Positions 29,188 to 37,569 of a stretch of 64,000 bases of DNA are shown in pieces. The notes under the pieces are model-generated. The model saw only the letters and a program-made list of their open reading frames with translations, ran no database searches and was not told the DNA's origin. The DNA lies in assembly GCA_043823195.1 (NCBI GenBank), contig JBDRAZ010000055.1, positions 3,780 through 67,779 on the forward strand. The letters run 5' to 3'. Within the stretch, counting starts at the first letter, position 1. Every line of letters begins with the position of its first letter. The position numbers and the translations under genes were made by a program. Origin of the DNA: an archaeon. Lineage in GTDB: Archaea; Nanobdellota; Nanobdellia; Woesearchaeales; JBDRAZ01.

Positions 29188-30142
29188 AATGGAGGCATCA
29201 TTCCTTAATCCGGAATATCTGTGGCTTTTGCTAGGCGTGCCGGTGCTGATTGTAACACACATTTTTGTTCTGAAACACCTCAAGACAAGGGCATGGGCCT
29301 TTGCAAATTATGAGGCAATCATGAGGGTTACAGGCGGCGTGCCCACTGTCAAGAATGTTACGGCAGTGTCAAAAAACCTGTTTCTCCTGGTATTCCAGAT
29401 AATTGTATTTGTATGCCTGATATTTTCAGTTGCCGGCACAACCCTATGGTACTGGGGTTCCGGGTCCCCCAAGGATTATGTCCTGGCAATAGATGCCTCC
29501 AGCAGCATGCTTGCTGATGATTTTGCTCCAAACAGGCTTATTGCTGCAAAGACTGCGGCACAGGCATTTGCTGAAAGCATCCCGAGAGGAACCAGCGTCG
29601 GCGTCATATCATTTGCAGGAACAAGTTTCATTGAGCTGCCAATGACAGAGACGCGGGCAAAGGCATATGAAAAGATAGGGGGCATCAACATACGCTACGT
29701 AGGGGGAACAGACTTAACAGAGGCAATTGTAACAGCCACCAACATGTTTGAAGACACTGAAAGGTCAAGGCAGGTCGTACTCCTGACTGACGGAAGGGGC
29801 ACTGTCGGAGACCCTGTTGAAGAGGCAATTAAGTATGCAATTGAAAAGAATGTCGTTGTGAACACTGTCGGCATCGCAACTGATGTGGGAGGCACATATA
29901 TCAGGGATAACCTCGTCTCAACAATTGATGAAGCCACACTCGGGACAATTGCAAGCGAGACAGGCGGCGCATTCTACAGGGCCCAGAACACTGATGAGCT
30001 GGCCTTGGCTTATGATGAGATCGGGAGGACCACAAAGGAAAAAATACCGATAAGGCTGCAGCTCCCGCTCCTTACTGCAGCCATAATACTGATTTTTGTC
30101 GAGTGGGGGCTCATCAACACAAGGTACCGCACGCTTCCCTAA
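29180..30142 (+). CDS. BatA-like membrane protein with von Willebrand factor A domain
   Basis: Two N-terminal TM helices, then the VWA MIDAS motif '…AIDASSSMLADDFAPNRL…' and 'VVLLTDGRGTVGD'. Confidence 0.8.
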   Translation: MHKMEASFLNPEYLWLLLGVPVLIVTHIFVLKHLKTRAWAFANYEAIMRVTGGVPTVKNVTAVSKNLFLLVFQIIVFVCLIFSVAGTTLWYWGSGSPKDYVLAIDASSSMLADDFAPNRLIAAKTAAQAFAESIPRGTSVGVISFAGTSFIELPMTETRAKAYEKIGGINIRYVGGTDLTEAIVTATNMFEDTERSRQVVLLTDGRGTVGDPVEEAIKYAIEKNVVVNTVGIATDVGGTYIRDNLVSTIDEATLGTIASETGGAFYRAQNTDELALAYDEIGRTTKEKIPIRLQLPLLTAAIILIFVEWGLINTRYRTLP

Positions 30143-31113
30143 AAGGTGTAGTTTAGGCCCAGGACCAGGTCTGGCGACATTCTGTCTGTGCCGATGGATA
30201 TCCTTGGGTGCAGCATCACGTCCAGCTTCTTTGTCAAACCGACCTGCGCCTTTGGCTCCAGATACAAGCTGAAGGGATCAATGTTGATGTCTGCCATGAA
30301 GCTTGCATTGAACCTGTCTGACAGATCCCCTTCTGCATACACGCTCACCTGCGGACCTGCGTCTCCTGTGTCGAAGGGATAGACCTTTAGGAGGGCAAAG
30401 GTGCCTTCGCCTGTCCTGGGTACATAGATCAGTCCCATGCGGACGAAATCCTGAAAGCCGTTGCCGCTGTTGAGTTCAGCTGTAGCGCCCGTATCCCGTA
30501 TGATTGAGCGCAGAAGGCCGACGTCAGTGGTGTCCCGGGGGCTTCCGAACCCGTAGCTAAGCCGGGTTTCGAGGTAAAAATTCTCGAAATCCGACCTGCT
30601 GTCTCCGCTGTCAAGGTCAAGGAATCCAAACAGGGTTGCATTGCCTGCGAGGCCCGCCTTTCCCTCAAGCCTTAGCGTTGTAGCGTCTTCATCAAGCATG
30701 TAGCCAGGCTGGATGTTTGCATAGTCTGCAGCAGCAGGCAGCGCTGCAGCTAAGAGTGCTGTTCCCGCAAGAGCACAGGCCGCAAGGGGCAGCCTCCCGG
30801 ATTGTCTTGCTGCCGGCTCCAGGATAACATCCTTTTCATAGGCAATCAGATCCAGTCCGGATGCCAGCCCGTTCGGAGTTGAGGGCGAGACCGCCTGATG
30901 GACAAAGTATGCTCCGTCTGAATCCCTGTGAATGGTCCTTCCTCTGCTGTCTAACAGGGCAGTTGAAACGGGGCCCTGCTCGTGCCTTTTGATGTCGGAT
31001 TTCGTTGGTTTTGCTATTCTTTTTCTAAACATCTGATACCACCTCGCAAGTGTTTGCCAGTCAATAACTACCATTAAGTGGTATCGATATATAATGATTA
31101 GCATACCAGACAT
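30139..31113 (-). CDS. hypothetical secreted/membrane beta-rich protein with an internal signal-peptide-like segment. True start uncertain.
   Basis: Ala/Leu-rich hydrophobic stretch 'RLPLAACALAGTALLAAALPAAADYA'. Alternating-hydrophobic beta-strand-like C-terminal region ending '…LVLGLNYTF' (terminal aromatic residue). The N-terminal 100 aa of the track ORF are probably not translated. Confidence 0.3.
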   Translation of the reverse strand: MSGMLIIIYRYHLMVVIDWQTLARWYQMFRKRIAKPTKSDIKRHEQGPVSTALLDSRGRTIHRDSDGAYFVHQAVSPSTPNGLASGLDLIAYEKDVILEPAARQSGRLPLAACALAGTALLAAALPAAADYANIQPGYMLDEDATTLRLEGKAGLAGNATLFGFLDLDSGDSRSDFENFYLETRLSYGFGSPRDTTDVGLLRSIIRDTGATAELNSGNGFQDFVRMGLIYVPRTGEGTFALLKVYPFDTGDAGPQVSVYAEGDLSDRFNASFMADINIDPFSLYLEPKAQVGLTKKLDVMLHPRISIGTDRMSPDLVLGLNYTF

Positions 31114-31122
31114 AGTATGTAA

Positions 31123-31926
31123 ATGGCAAGAATTATATATGCGGGGGACTTATCGGGAGGCATGGACACCGCAGGATTAAGGGAAGCAGGACTTACAGAG
31201 GGTGAGATAAAGGTATATGCGGGCCTTCTGGGGCTGGGCGCGTCAACTACAGGGCCAATTGTGGATAAGTCAGGAATCTCGCGGTCAATTGTCTACAGGA
31301 TACTTGAAAGGCTCATCCAAAAGGGCCTGGTGTCCTATATAATCAAGGACAGGACAAAGTTTTTTCAGGCTGCGTCACCAAACAAAATACTGGGGTACAT
31401 TGACGAAAGAAGGGACGAACTCATTAAGAACAAGGCCAGGATCGAAGCGCTCCTGCCGGAACTCCTGATTATGGAGAAAATGTCTAAAAGGAATGAAGCG
31501 ACAATATATCTTGGCTATAGGGGAATAAGGAGTGCGCATGAGCACATATATGCAAAGCTCTCCGGGGGCGAGGAATACTGTTATCTGGGAATTCATGCAA
31601 TCCAGCCTGAAGAGCAGCACATCTACTGGAAAAAAGACCACCTGAAAAGGGTTGAGGCCGGCCTGAAGTGCAGGCTCCTGTTCAACAAAGACACTGAAAG
31701 AAGGGTTCTGAAGAACAGGAACAGCTTCGCGGGGTGCGATGCACGCTATATGCCTAAGGGAGTTGTAACGCCTGCATGCATTGTCACCTATAAAGACACT
31801 ACAATAATAATCCTTCAGATTCCAGCCGCAATTGCCGTGGAAATAGTCAGCCAGGAGATAAAGGATTCATTCCAGAGCTACTTTGAGGATTTCTGGAGAA
31901 AGAGTGTGCCGTTCAGATCCGGCTGA
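31123..31926 (+). CDS. TrmB-family transcriptional regulator (second paralog)
   Basis: HTH 'LREAGLTEGEIKVYAGLLGLGASTTGPIVDKSGISRSIVYRILERLIQKGLVSYI' aligns with the TrmB at 19071. The actual start may be the internal Met at about 31162. Confidence 0.7.
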   Translation: MARIIYAGDLSGGMDTAGLREAGLTEGEIKVYAGLLGLGASTTGPIVDKSGISRSIVYRILERLIQKGLVSYIIKDRTKFFQAASPNKILGYIDERRDELIKNKARIEALLPELLIMEKMSKRNEATIYLGYRGIRSAHEHIYAKLSGGEEYCYLGIHAIQPEEQHIYWKKDHLKRVEAGLKCRLLFNKDTERRVLKNRNSFAGCDARYMPKGVVTPACIVTYKDTTIIILQIPAAIAVEIVSQEIKDSFQSYFEDFWRKSVPFRSG

Positions 31927-34000
31927 TGAAGCCATGCTTCGGCTCAAAGAGGTCGCCGCTTCGCTTGAGCTTTTCGATTGCATCCTCAACCAGCTCCTCA
32001 GTAATGCCCTTTTCAGAGGCCTCCCTGATAACGTCCTCAAGTGGGATGGTCTTTCCCAGGGAGTTCTCAAGTTCTGCGATGATTTCCTTAACCGAATGGA
32101 GCTTGCTCCTCTCAGATGCGGGAACGCCTGTTGAAATCCTGTCTATGTCGATCTTCCCGGTTTCAGGGTCCATTCCCACCTGGGCAAGGCAGTAGTGCAG
32201 AAGGTCTATTGCCCGCCGCGCATCCTTTTTTGTGACCTTATCAGCAAGCCTTACACGGGCGCTTGCCTCAGCAATCCTGATAAGCGCCTCAAGCTGCCTT
32301 GCTGAGATAGGGATGCTCTGAACCTCGCCCTCAACGCCGCCGGAGCTTCGCATCTTTATGTAATAGTTCTTGATCTCTTCAACCGCTGCATCGGTGAGTT
32401 TTGGGAAGTTGGTCTGCTTTGCATACGCAATATATTTCCTGAGCACAGGTGTCAGTATCGGTGACTCAAGCTTTGTTGTGTCCTTATGAAGATTAAGGAT
32501 AAATGATGCCATGGTCTCATCCTTCTCCTTGTCTGGAAGGTCGCGGATTGCAAAGATCAGGTCAAAACGGTTTATGAGCGTAGGGGGAAGGTCGATCTGC
32601 TTGGCAACAGGATCATAGGGATCAAATCTTCCGAATTTCGGGTTTGCTGCTGCAAGGACTGCTGTCTCAGACCTTAGCGTTGCCTGGATATTGGCCTTTG
32701 ATATGGTTACCGTCTGCTGCTCCATTGCCTCGTGAATGGCGCTCCTGTCCTCAACACTGATCTTATCCATCTCATCAATTGCGCATACGCCCTTGTGCGC
32801 CAGGACGAGCGCCCCCGCCTCAAGCGCCCAGCCCTTAAGGAATTCATCCCGGACCACACTGGCAGTAAGGCCTGCTGCGCTGACTCCCTTACCGCCCACG
32901 TATCTTGCCTTGGGCGCTACGATGACGATCCTCTTGAGCAGCTGGGATTTGCCTGCGCCAGGATCGCCGATAAGAAGCACGTGCAGATCCCCGCGTGTGA
33001 TTGCACCATCATCATGGATCTTTCTTATGCCGCCGAAAAGGGCAAGAATGAGCGCCTCCTTAATCCTGTCGTGGCCATAGATCGAGGGGGCAATGGACGC
33101 GATCATCATCTCATAAATATGCCTGTTCTTTGACAGCTCCTTGAACTCAGCCTCCTCCTCCGGATTAATTATGATGTCCGAGTAATCCTCCTCAACAGAC
33201 TCGAGGTTGTTGGCCTCAATCAGCAAGTCAAAGCGTGTTGACGTGCCTCCCGTGTTCAGAAGAATCGGCACCTCCTTTATCTGGCCGACAACGACAATCT
33301 TTGTGCCGGGATTTGTCTTCTTCTCAGACATGGGACTTACAAGGTCATCTTTCAGAAACAGATTCATCCTCTTTGGCTGTTCACCGCCAATCAGGTCTTC
33401 AGGACACTCCTCAAGGACAATGCCCTGGGCGTCCACAAGTTCCTTGTCAATAAGCTTGAATTTCCCCTTCCTGCCGCAGCCGCACCTGGAGGGCTCCTTA
33501 AAGCGCTTATCCAGCTGCAGCACGGTTATGGTGTTTCCGCAGCTCGGGCACTCAAACTTTGCAGAACTAACCTGGGGGCGGACATCGGACTTCTGCCTCA
33601 CAACCCCTTCAGTATACAGGAGCTTATTTATGTGCTTGCTTCGGATGTCGCGGATAAGGATCCTCTGGGCCTCGGGCAGGTTCATAAGCCGTATCCTGAA
33701 CTTGCTTACCTCTTTTGGCAGCTCAAAATTTTCAACTGCAACCTCGGCAGCCCTGATCAGGTCATCCGGGTATTCAAGAAGCTCGTCAGCAAGCTTGGGA
33801 TCAAACTTGGAGAGCTCAGCAAAATCCACAACAAGATGGTTCTGGCCAAGGCGTGAAATCTCAAGGAGCTCGGACTTATAGACTGATTCAAAGAACTCCT
33901 CAAACCGCTTGACCTGTTCGGCAGCGGTGTAAGGCTGCTCCTGAAGATTCACCCCCCTAAGTGCCTCGGTTTGACTGGCCATTATCCCCCTAGTGACCAA
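31913..34000 (-). CDS. mcm: minichromosome maintenance (MCM) replicative helicase
   Basis: 695 aa. N-terminal zinc-finger C4 (CPSCGN…CGCG). Walker A 'GDPGAGKS', Walker B 'IDEMDK', and the arginine-finger SRFD motif. Confidence 0.95.
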   Translation of the reverse strand: MVTRGIMASQTEALRGVNLQEQPYTAAEQVKRFEEFFESVYKSELLEISRLGQNHLVVDFAELSKFDPKLADELLEYPDDLIRAAEVAVENFELPKEVSKFRIRLMNLPEAQRILIRDIRSKHINKLLYTEGVVRQKSDVRPQVSSAKFECPSCGNTITVLQLDKRFKEPSRCGCGRKGKFKLIDKELVDAQGIVLEECPEDLIGGEQPKRMNLFLKDDLVSPMSEKKTNPGTKIVVVGQIKEVPILLNTGGTSTRFDLLIEANNLESVEEDYSDIIINPEEEAEFKELSKNRHIYEMMIASIAPSIYGHDRIKEALILALFGGIRKIHDDGAITRGDLHVLLIGDPGAGKSQLLKRIVIVAPKARYVGGKGVSAAGLTASVVRDEFLKGWALEAGALVLAHKGVCAIDEMDKISVEDRSAIHEAMEQQTVTISKANIQATLRSETAVLAAANPKFGRFDPYDPVAKQIDLPPTLINRFDLIFAIRDLPDKEKDETMASFILNLHKDTTKLESPILTPVLRKYIAYAKQTNFPKLTDAAVEEIKNYYIKMRSSGGVEGEVQSIPISARQLEALIRIAEASARVRLADKVTKKDARRAIDLLHYCLAQVGMDPETGKIDIDRISTGVPASERSKLHSVKEIIAELENSLGKTIPLEDVIREASEKGITEELVEDAIEKLKRSGDLFEPKHGFISRI

Positions 34001-34004
34001 GAAT

Positions 34005-34589
34005 TTACTTTACAATCTTCTTGAGGTTCACAATAAGCTTTTCAAGCGCTGCGTGGACCTCTTCTTCACTCTTGGTTCCGGTGCAGACAACCTTTCCGTT
34101 TGAAAAGAGCAGGAAGGTCGCCTTTGCATCTGCGAGCTTATAGACCAGACCCGGAAACTGCTCCGGTTCATACTCTGTGTTCTCAAGCTTCATCGCCAGC
34201 GTATTAAGATTAAGGTCCATCCCTATTGATCCGCTGGCCACGATATTCTGTATCTTTATTACGGGCTTAACTGTGATTTTGATGCCGATCTTTTCCAGGC
34301 TCTTGATGATCTTCTTTATTGATTCCTCAACCTTATCCATGCTCCTTGCGCCTGTGCATACAACCTTTCCTGAGCTGAAAATCAGTGCTGAGGTCTTGGG
34401 GTCCTTGACCCTGATGACCAGGCCGGGGAACTGTTCCGGGTTGTACTCTGTGTTCGAGAGGGTTGCGGCCATCTTCTCGAGAGGTATGTCGTGTTCCAGT
34501 GACGTACTAACAACAATATTTACGACTTCTATCTTCACTTCAGTGCTGTTTGGATTTATCGTCCTTTGAATTGCATTCTTCTTTACCAT
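34005..34589 (-). CDS. tbp: TATA-box-binding protein
   Basis: Two direct TBP repeats (…IVNIVVSTSLEHDIPLEKMA…FPGLVIRVKDPKTSALIFSSGKVVCTGARS… and …IQNIVASGSIGMDLNLNTLA…FPGLVYKLADAKATFLLFSNGKVVCTGTKS…). The start is set at the internal Met (MVKKNAIQ, ATG at 34587-34589). Confidence 0.9.
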   Translation of the reverse strand: MVKKNAIQRTINPNSTEVKIEVVNIVVSTSLEHDIPLEKMAATLSNTEYNPEQFPGLVIRVKDPKTSALIFSSGKVVCTGARSMDKVEESIKKIIKSLEKIGIKITVKPVIKIQNIVASGSIGMDLNLNTLAMKLENTEYEPEQFPGLVYKLADAKATFLLFSNGKVVCTGTKSEEEVHAALEKLIVNLKKIVK

Positions 34590-34713
34590 GTAGATCCCTC
34601 CAATCAGATACCCCCTTTTTAAATAATTATTTATAAAGATAATGGGCCCACCTTTATAAATACTTGGATTATTAAATGGTTTTTTCACAAAATATAGCTT
34701 ATAAATGGCAAAC

Positions 34714-34817
34714 CCCCATCATTTCCAGTGGAGGTGTGCATTTTCAGCTTTCTTTCTCTTTGAATTTGCACAAATCACAGAAATGTTTCAGAATAACACC
34801 CCATGATTTCCGATGGA
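34714..34817. promoter_or_regulatory. two direct ORB-like (origin-recognition-box-like) repeats next to an AT-rich stretch
   Basis: 34714-34733 'CCCCCATCATTTCCAGTGGA' and 34799-34817 'CCCCATGATTTCCGATGGA'. The reverse complements read TCCACTGGAAATGATGGGGG and TCCATCGGAAATCATGGGG, i.e. a TCCAnTGGAAA dyad plus a G-string, as in archaeal ORB elements. AT-rich DNA at 34590-34710 lies immediately upstream. Confidence 0.35.
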
Positions 34818-34910
34818 AAACCCAGCCTATGAATTATAGTCCCTGGCACGGCATGCGCTATATTCCAAAGCGCAAGCCTTAAATACGGCTTAACAATCGT
34901 TAAGCCCGAC

Positions 34911-35288
34911 ATGAAAATGCCGCAGGAGATTGAAGTATGGTATATTCTTCCAGCCATAAGGCGGGAGATTGCAAAATGCCTGACCGGCAGCTTCGGCATG
35001 AGCCAGAAAAAGGTTGCCGGGATTCTCGGGGTGACCGAGGCGGCTATTTCCCACTACAAGAAATCCAAGCGTGCAAAGGATGTTGTTTTCGGAGAGGATG
35101 TGGTGGCCGAGATTGAGAAATCTGCCGGGCGCATCACCAATAACACGAGCAGGGTCATCTGCGAGATTAAGCGGCTGTCCAACCTTGCCCACATAAAGAA
35201 GATCGTCTGCCAGATGCATAAAGAACAAGAGGGCAACCTGGATTCCTGCTGCACATGTTTTGACGATTGCACAAAGGTGATACCATGA
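34911..35288 (+). CDS. XRE-like HTH regulator with C-terminal cysteine cluster
   Basis: HTH 'SQKKVAGILGVTEAAISHYKKSKRA'. C-terminal 'CQMH…DSCCTCFDDC' gives 6 Cys. The stop overlaps the iscS start (ATGA). Confidence 0.6.
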   Translation: MKMPQEIEVWYILPAIRREIAKCLTGSFGMSQKKVAGILGVTEAAISHYKKSKRAKDVVFGEDVVAEIEKSAGRITNNTSRVICEIKRLSNLAHIKKIVCQMHKEQEGNLDSCCTCFDDCTKVIP

Positions 35289-36427
35289 AAGTCTACCTGG
35301 ACCACGGGGCAACAACGCCCGTAGACCCAAAGGTTGTTGAAGCAATGCTGCCGTATTATACAGAGACATATGGAAACGCGTCTTCACTGCACCAATTCGG
35401 CAGGGAGGCAAAAGAGGCGCTGGAACGGAGCCGCGATACCATTGCCAAGAGCATCAATGCTGATCCGGCAGAGATCATTTTCACGTCCGGCGGCTCCGAA
35501 TCAGATAACCTGGCAATCAAGGGCATTGTGCCTGCTAAGAAAGGATCGCATATCATAACCTCGGCAATTGAACATCCGGCTGTGCTGAACACGTGCCAGA
35601 CACTTGAGAAAAACGGATGCAGGGTGACCTACCTTGGTGTTGATGCCGAGGGCTTTGTCAATCCGGATGATGTGGCAGAGGCAATAAGCAGGAATACGGC
35701 GCTGGTTACAGTCATGCATGCCAACAACGAGATCGGCACCATCGAGCCAATAAGAGAGATAGGAAAGATCTGCGGCGAGCATGATGTGCCGTTCCACACA
35801 GATGCTGTGCAGAGTTACACAAAGGTCCCGATTGATGTGAAAAAGGACTTCCTTGACATGATGTCTGTGTCTGCCCACAAGATCCACGGCCCCAAGGGAA
35901 TCGGGGCGATGTATGTGAAAGAGGGCACAAGGCCTTCCAAACAGATCGAGGGGGGCCATCATGAGCACGACCTTCGTGCAGGAACAGAGAACATCCCCGG
36001 GATTGTCGGGTTTGCAAAGGCAGCCGAGATTGCCCGCGGTAGGCATGTTGACTACATGACCGGCCTTAGGGACCACCTGATCAGGGGTGTTATCGGCGGC
36101 CTCTCTGATGTTAAGCTGAACGGACCCAAAAAGCTAAGGCTGTGCAATAATGCAAACGTCTCGATCAGGTATGTTGAGGGGGAGTCAATGCTCCTGCATA
36201 TGGACATAAAGGGTGTCGCACTTTCAACTGGTTCGGCATGCTCTTCGCAGTCGCTTGAGCCCAGCCATGTGCTGACCGCAATAGGCCTCAGAAGGGATGT
36301 GGCGCACGGCTCACTCAGGATGACCCTTGGCCGCGAAAACACCAGGGATGAGATTGATTATACTGTTGAATCACTAAAAGAAATCGTTGAAAGCTTAAGA
36401 AAGATCAGCCCATTGGGCAGAAGGTGA
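35285..36427 (+). CDS. iscS: cysteine desulfurase (IscS/NifS class)
   Basis: 'MKVYLDHGATTPVDP…' start. PLP-lysine motif 'SVSAHKIHGPKGIGAMY'. Active-site Cys in 'STGSACSS'. Confidence 0.9.
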   Translation: MKVYLDHGATTPVDPKVVEAMLPYYTETYGNASSLHQFGREAKEALERSRDTIAKSINADPAEIIFTSGGSESDNLAIKGIVPAKKGSHIITSAIEHPAVLNTCQTLEKNGCRVTYLGVDAEGFVNPDDVAEAISRNTALVTVMHANNEIGTIEPIREIGKICGEHDVPFHTDAVQSYTKVPIDVKKDFLDMMSVSAHKIHGPKGIGAMYVKEGTRPSKQIEGGHHEHDLRAGTENIPGIVGFAKAAEIARGRHVDYMTGLRDHLIRGVIGGLSDVKLNGPKKLRLCNNANVSIRYVEGESMLLHMDIKGVALSTGSACSSQSLEPSHVLTAIGLRRDVAHGSLRMTLGRENTRDEIDYTVESLKEIVESLRKISPLGRR

Positions 36428-36816
36428 TGCAGATGTATTCAGAAAAGGTCATGGAACACTTCAAGTCACCGCACAACATGGGAGAGATAAAGGATGCGGA
36501 CGGCATAGGAAAAGTAGGCAATACAATGTGCGGGGACCTCATGTGGATTTACATTAAGGTAAAGAAGCAAAACGGAAAGGAATTTCTTGAAGACATAAAG
36601 GTGAAAACATTCGGATGCGTTGCGGCGATAAGCTCATCTGATGTGCTCTGCGACATGGTAAAGGGCAAGGAGCTAAATGAGGCGCTGAAGGTCAAGAACA
36701 GCGATATTGTGAAGCAGCTTGGCGATCTGCCCAGGGAGAAGGTACATTGTTCCGTTCTTGCGGCCCAGGGGCTGAAGAATGCTGTTGAGGACTACAGAAA
36801 AAAGATTACGAGCTAG
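36424..36816 (+). CDS. iscU: Fe-S cluster assembly scaffold IscU/NifU-like
   Basis: Three conserved Cys (…GNTMCGDLM…, …FGCVAAISS…, …HCSVLA…). The track ORF begins at the GTG at 36424; the ATG at 36427 is an alternative start. Confidence 0.85.
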   Translation: MMQMYSEKVMEHFKSPHNMGEIKDADGIGKVGNTMCGDLMWIYIKVKKQNGKEFLEDIKVKTFGCVAAISSSDVLCDMVKGKELNEALKVKNSDIVKQLGDLPREKVHCSVLAAQGLKNAVEDYRKKITS

Positions 36817-36837
36817 ATGCGGATAGTTTTGGAGGTG

Positions 36838-37152
36838 TCAGACATCCAGCTCGAAATCAAATAGCCTCATGAACTCATCAGCCAGTTCAGGGTCTTCCTC
36901 AACAACAGACAACATTTCTTTGCAGCAGCAGTGGGCACAGACATCTATGTCCCCGCCGCAGATGATGCATGTCATGTTACCTGGCTCCATTTGCGAGAAT
37001 ACATCTCCAGCTTTCTGCAACTGCGGCACGAGGCCCGGCACCTTCTCGGCTGCCCACTGGGTCCCCTGCTTTTCCAGGCAGTGCCTGCAGATTGGGTTTG
37101 TTATGGCCTCTTCGCAGACCATACAGACATCGTTGCACATTTGCTGTCGCAT
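36838..37152 (-). CDS. small cysteine-rich protein (14 Cys in 104 aa), putative zinc-ribbon/metal-binding
   Basis: Multiple CxxC pairs (CNDVCMVC, CRHC, CIIC, CAHCCC) and an acidic C-terminus. Confidence 0.35.
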   Translation of the reverse strand: MRQQMCNDVCMVCEEAITNPICRHCLEKQGTQWAAEKVPGLVPQLQKAGDVFSQMEPGNMTCIICGGDIDVCAHCCCKEMLSVVEEDPELADEFMRLFDFELDV

Positions 37153-37569
37153 TATTTTGCACCTCGGATATCACTGTTGCCGGGTTCCTGCGACGAGAGA
37201 AGATTGGGAAGCCCCAAACGCAAGTAAGGAGCACCAAGAAATCACAAGAACCCAGCAAGCAGTGAGTTCTAATGAGTATTACAATTATTGGCAGTCTTGG
37301 ATAAAAGCGAGTGGTTTAGGCTCACATCTCTTGATACGAGTTCCTGACATTCACCCTTGCACATCTCTGCCATGAACGTAAGGAAGTACGGCAGTTTTTT
37401 TATATTTAACTATATTTATTCGGAATATCATTCCATATTTTTGAAGCTGTTTGAAATGTTTATTCCACCCGTCGTCTATATTTCGGAAAACCCGCATGAT
37501 TTTCAACGGATCGGATAGCGAACGGGGCTTCCGAAAAGATTATAAAGCGCCGGACCTGAAATCTGCAAT

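Noticed and set aside
36838-37375. Plus-strand 168-aa ORF (36869..37375) overlapping the minus-strand Cys-rich gene
   Set aside because: The minus-strand product has a coherent CxxC-pair architecture and sits convergent to iscU. The plus-strand product is Ser/Pro/Cys low-complexity, so the minus-strand call was preferred at low confidence.
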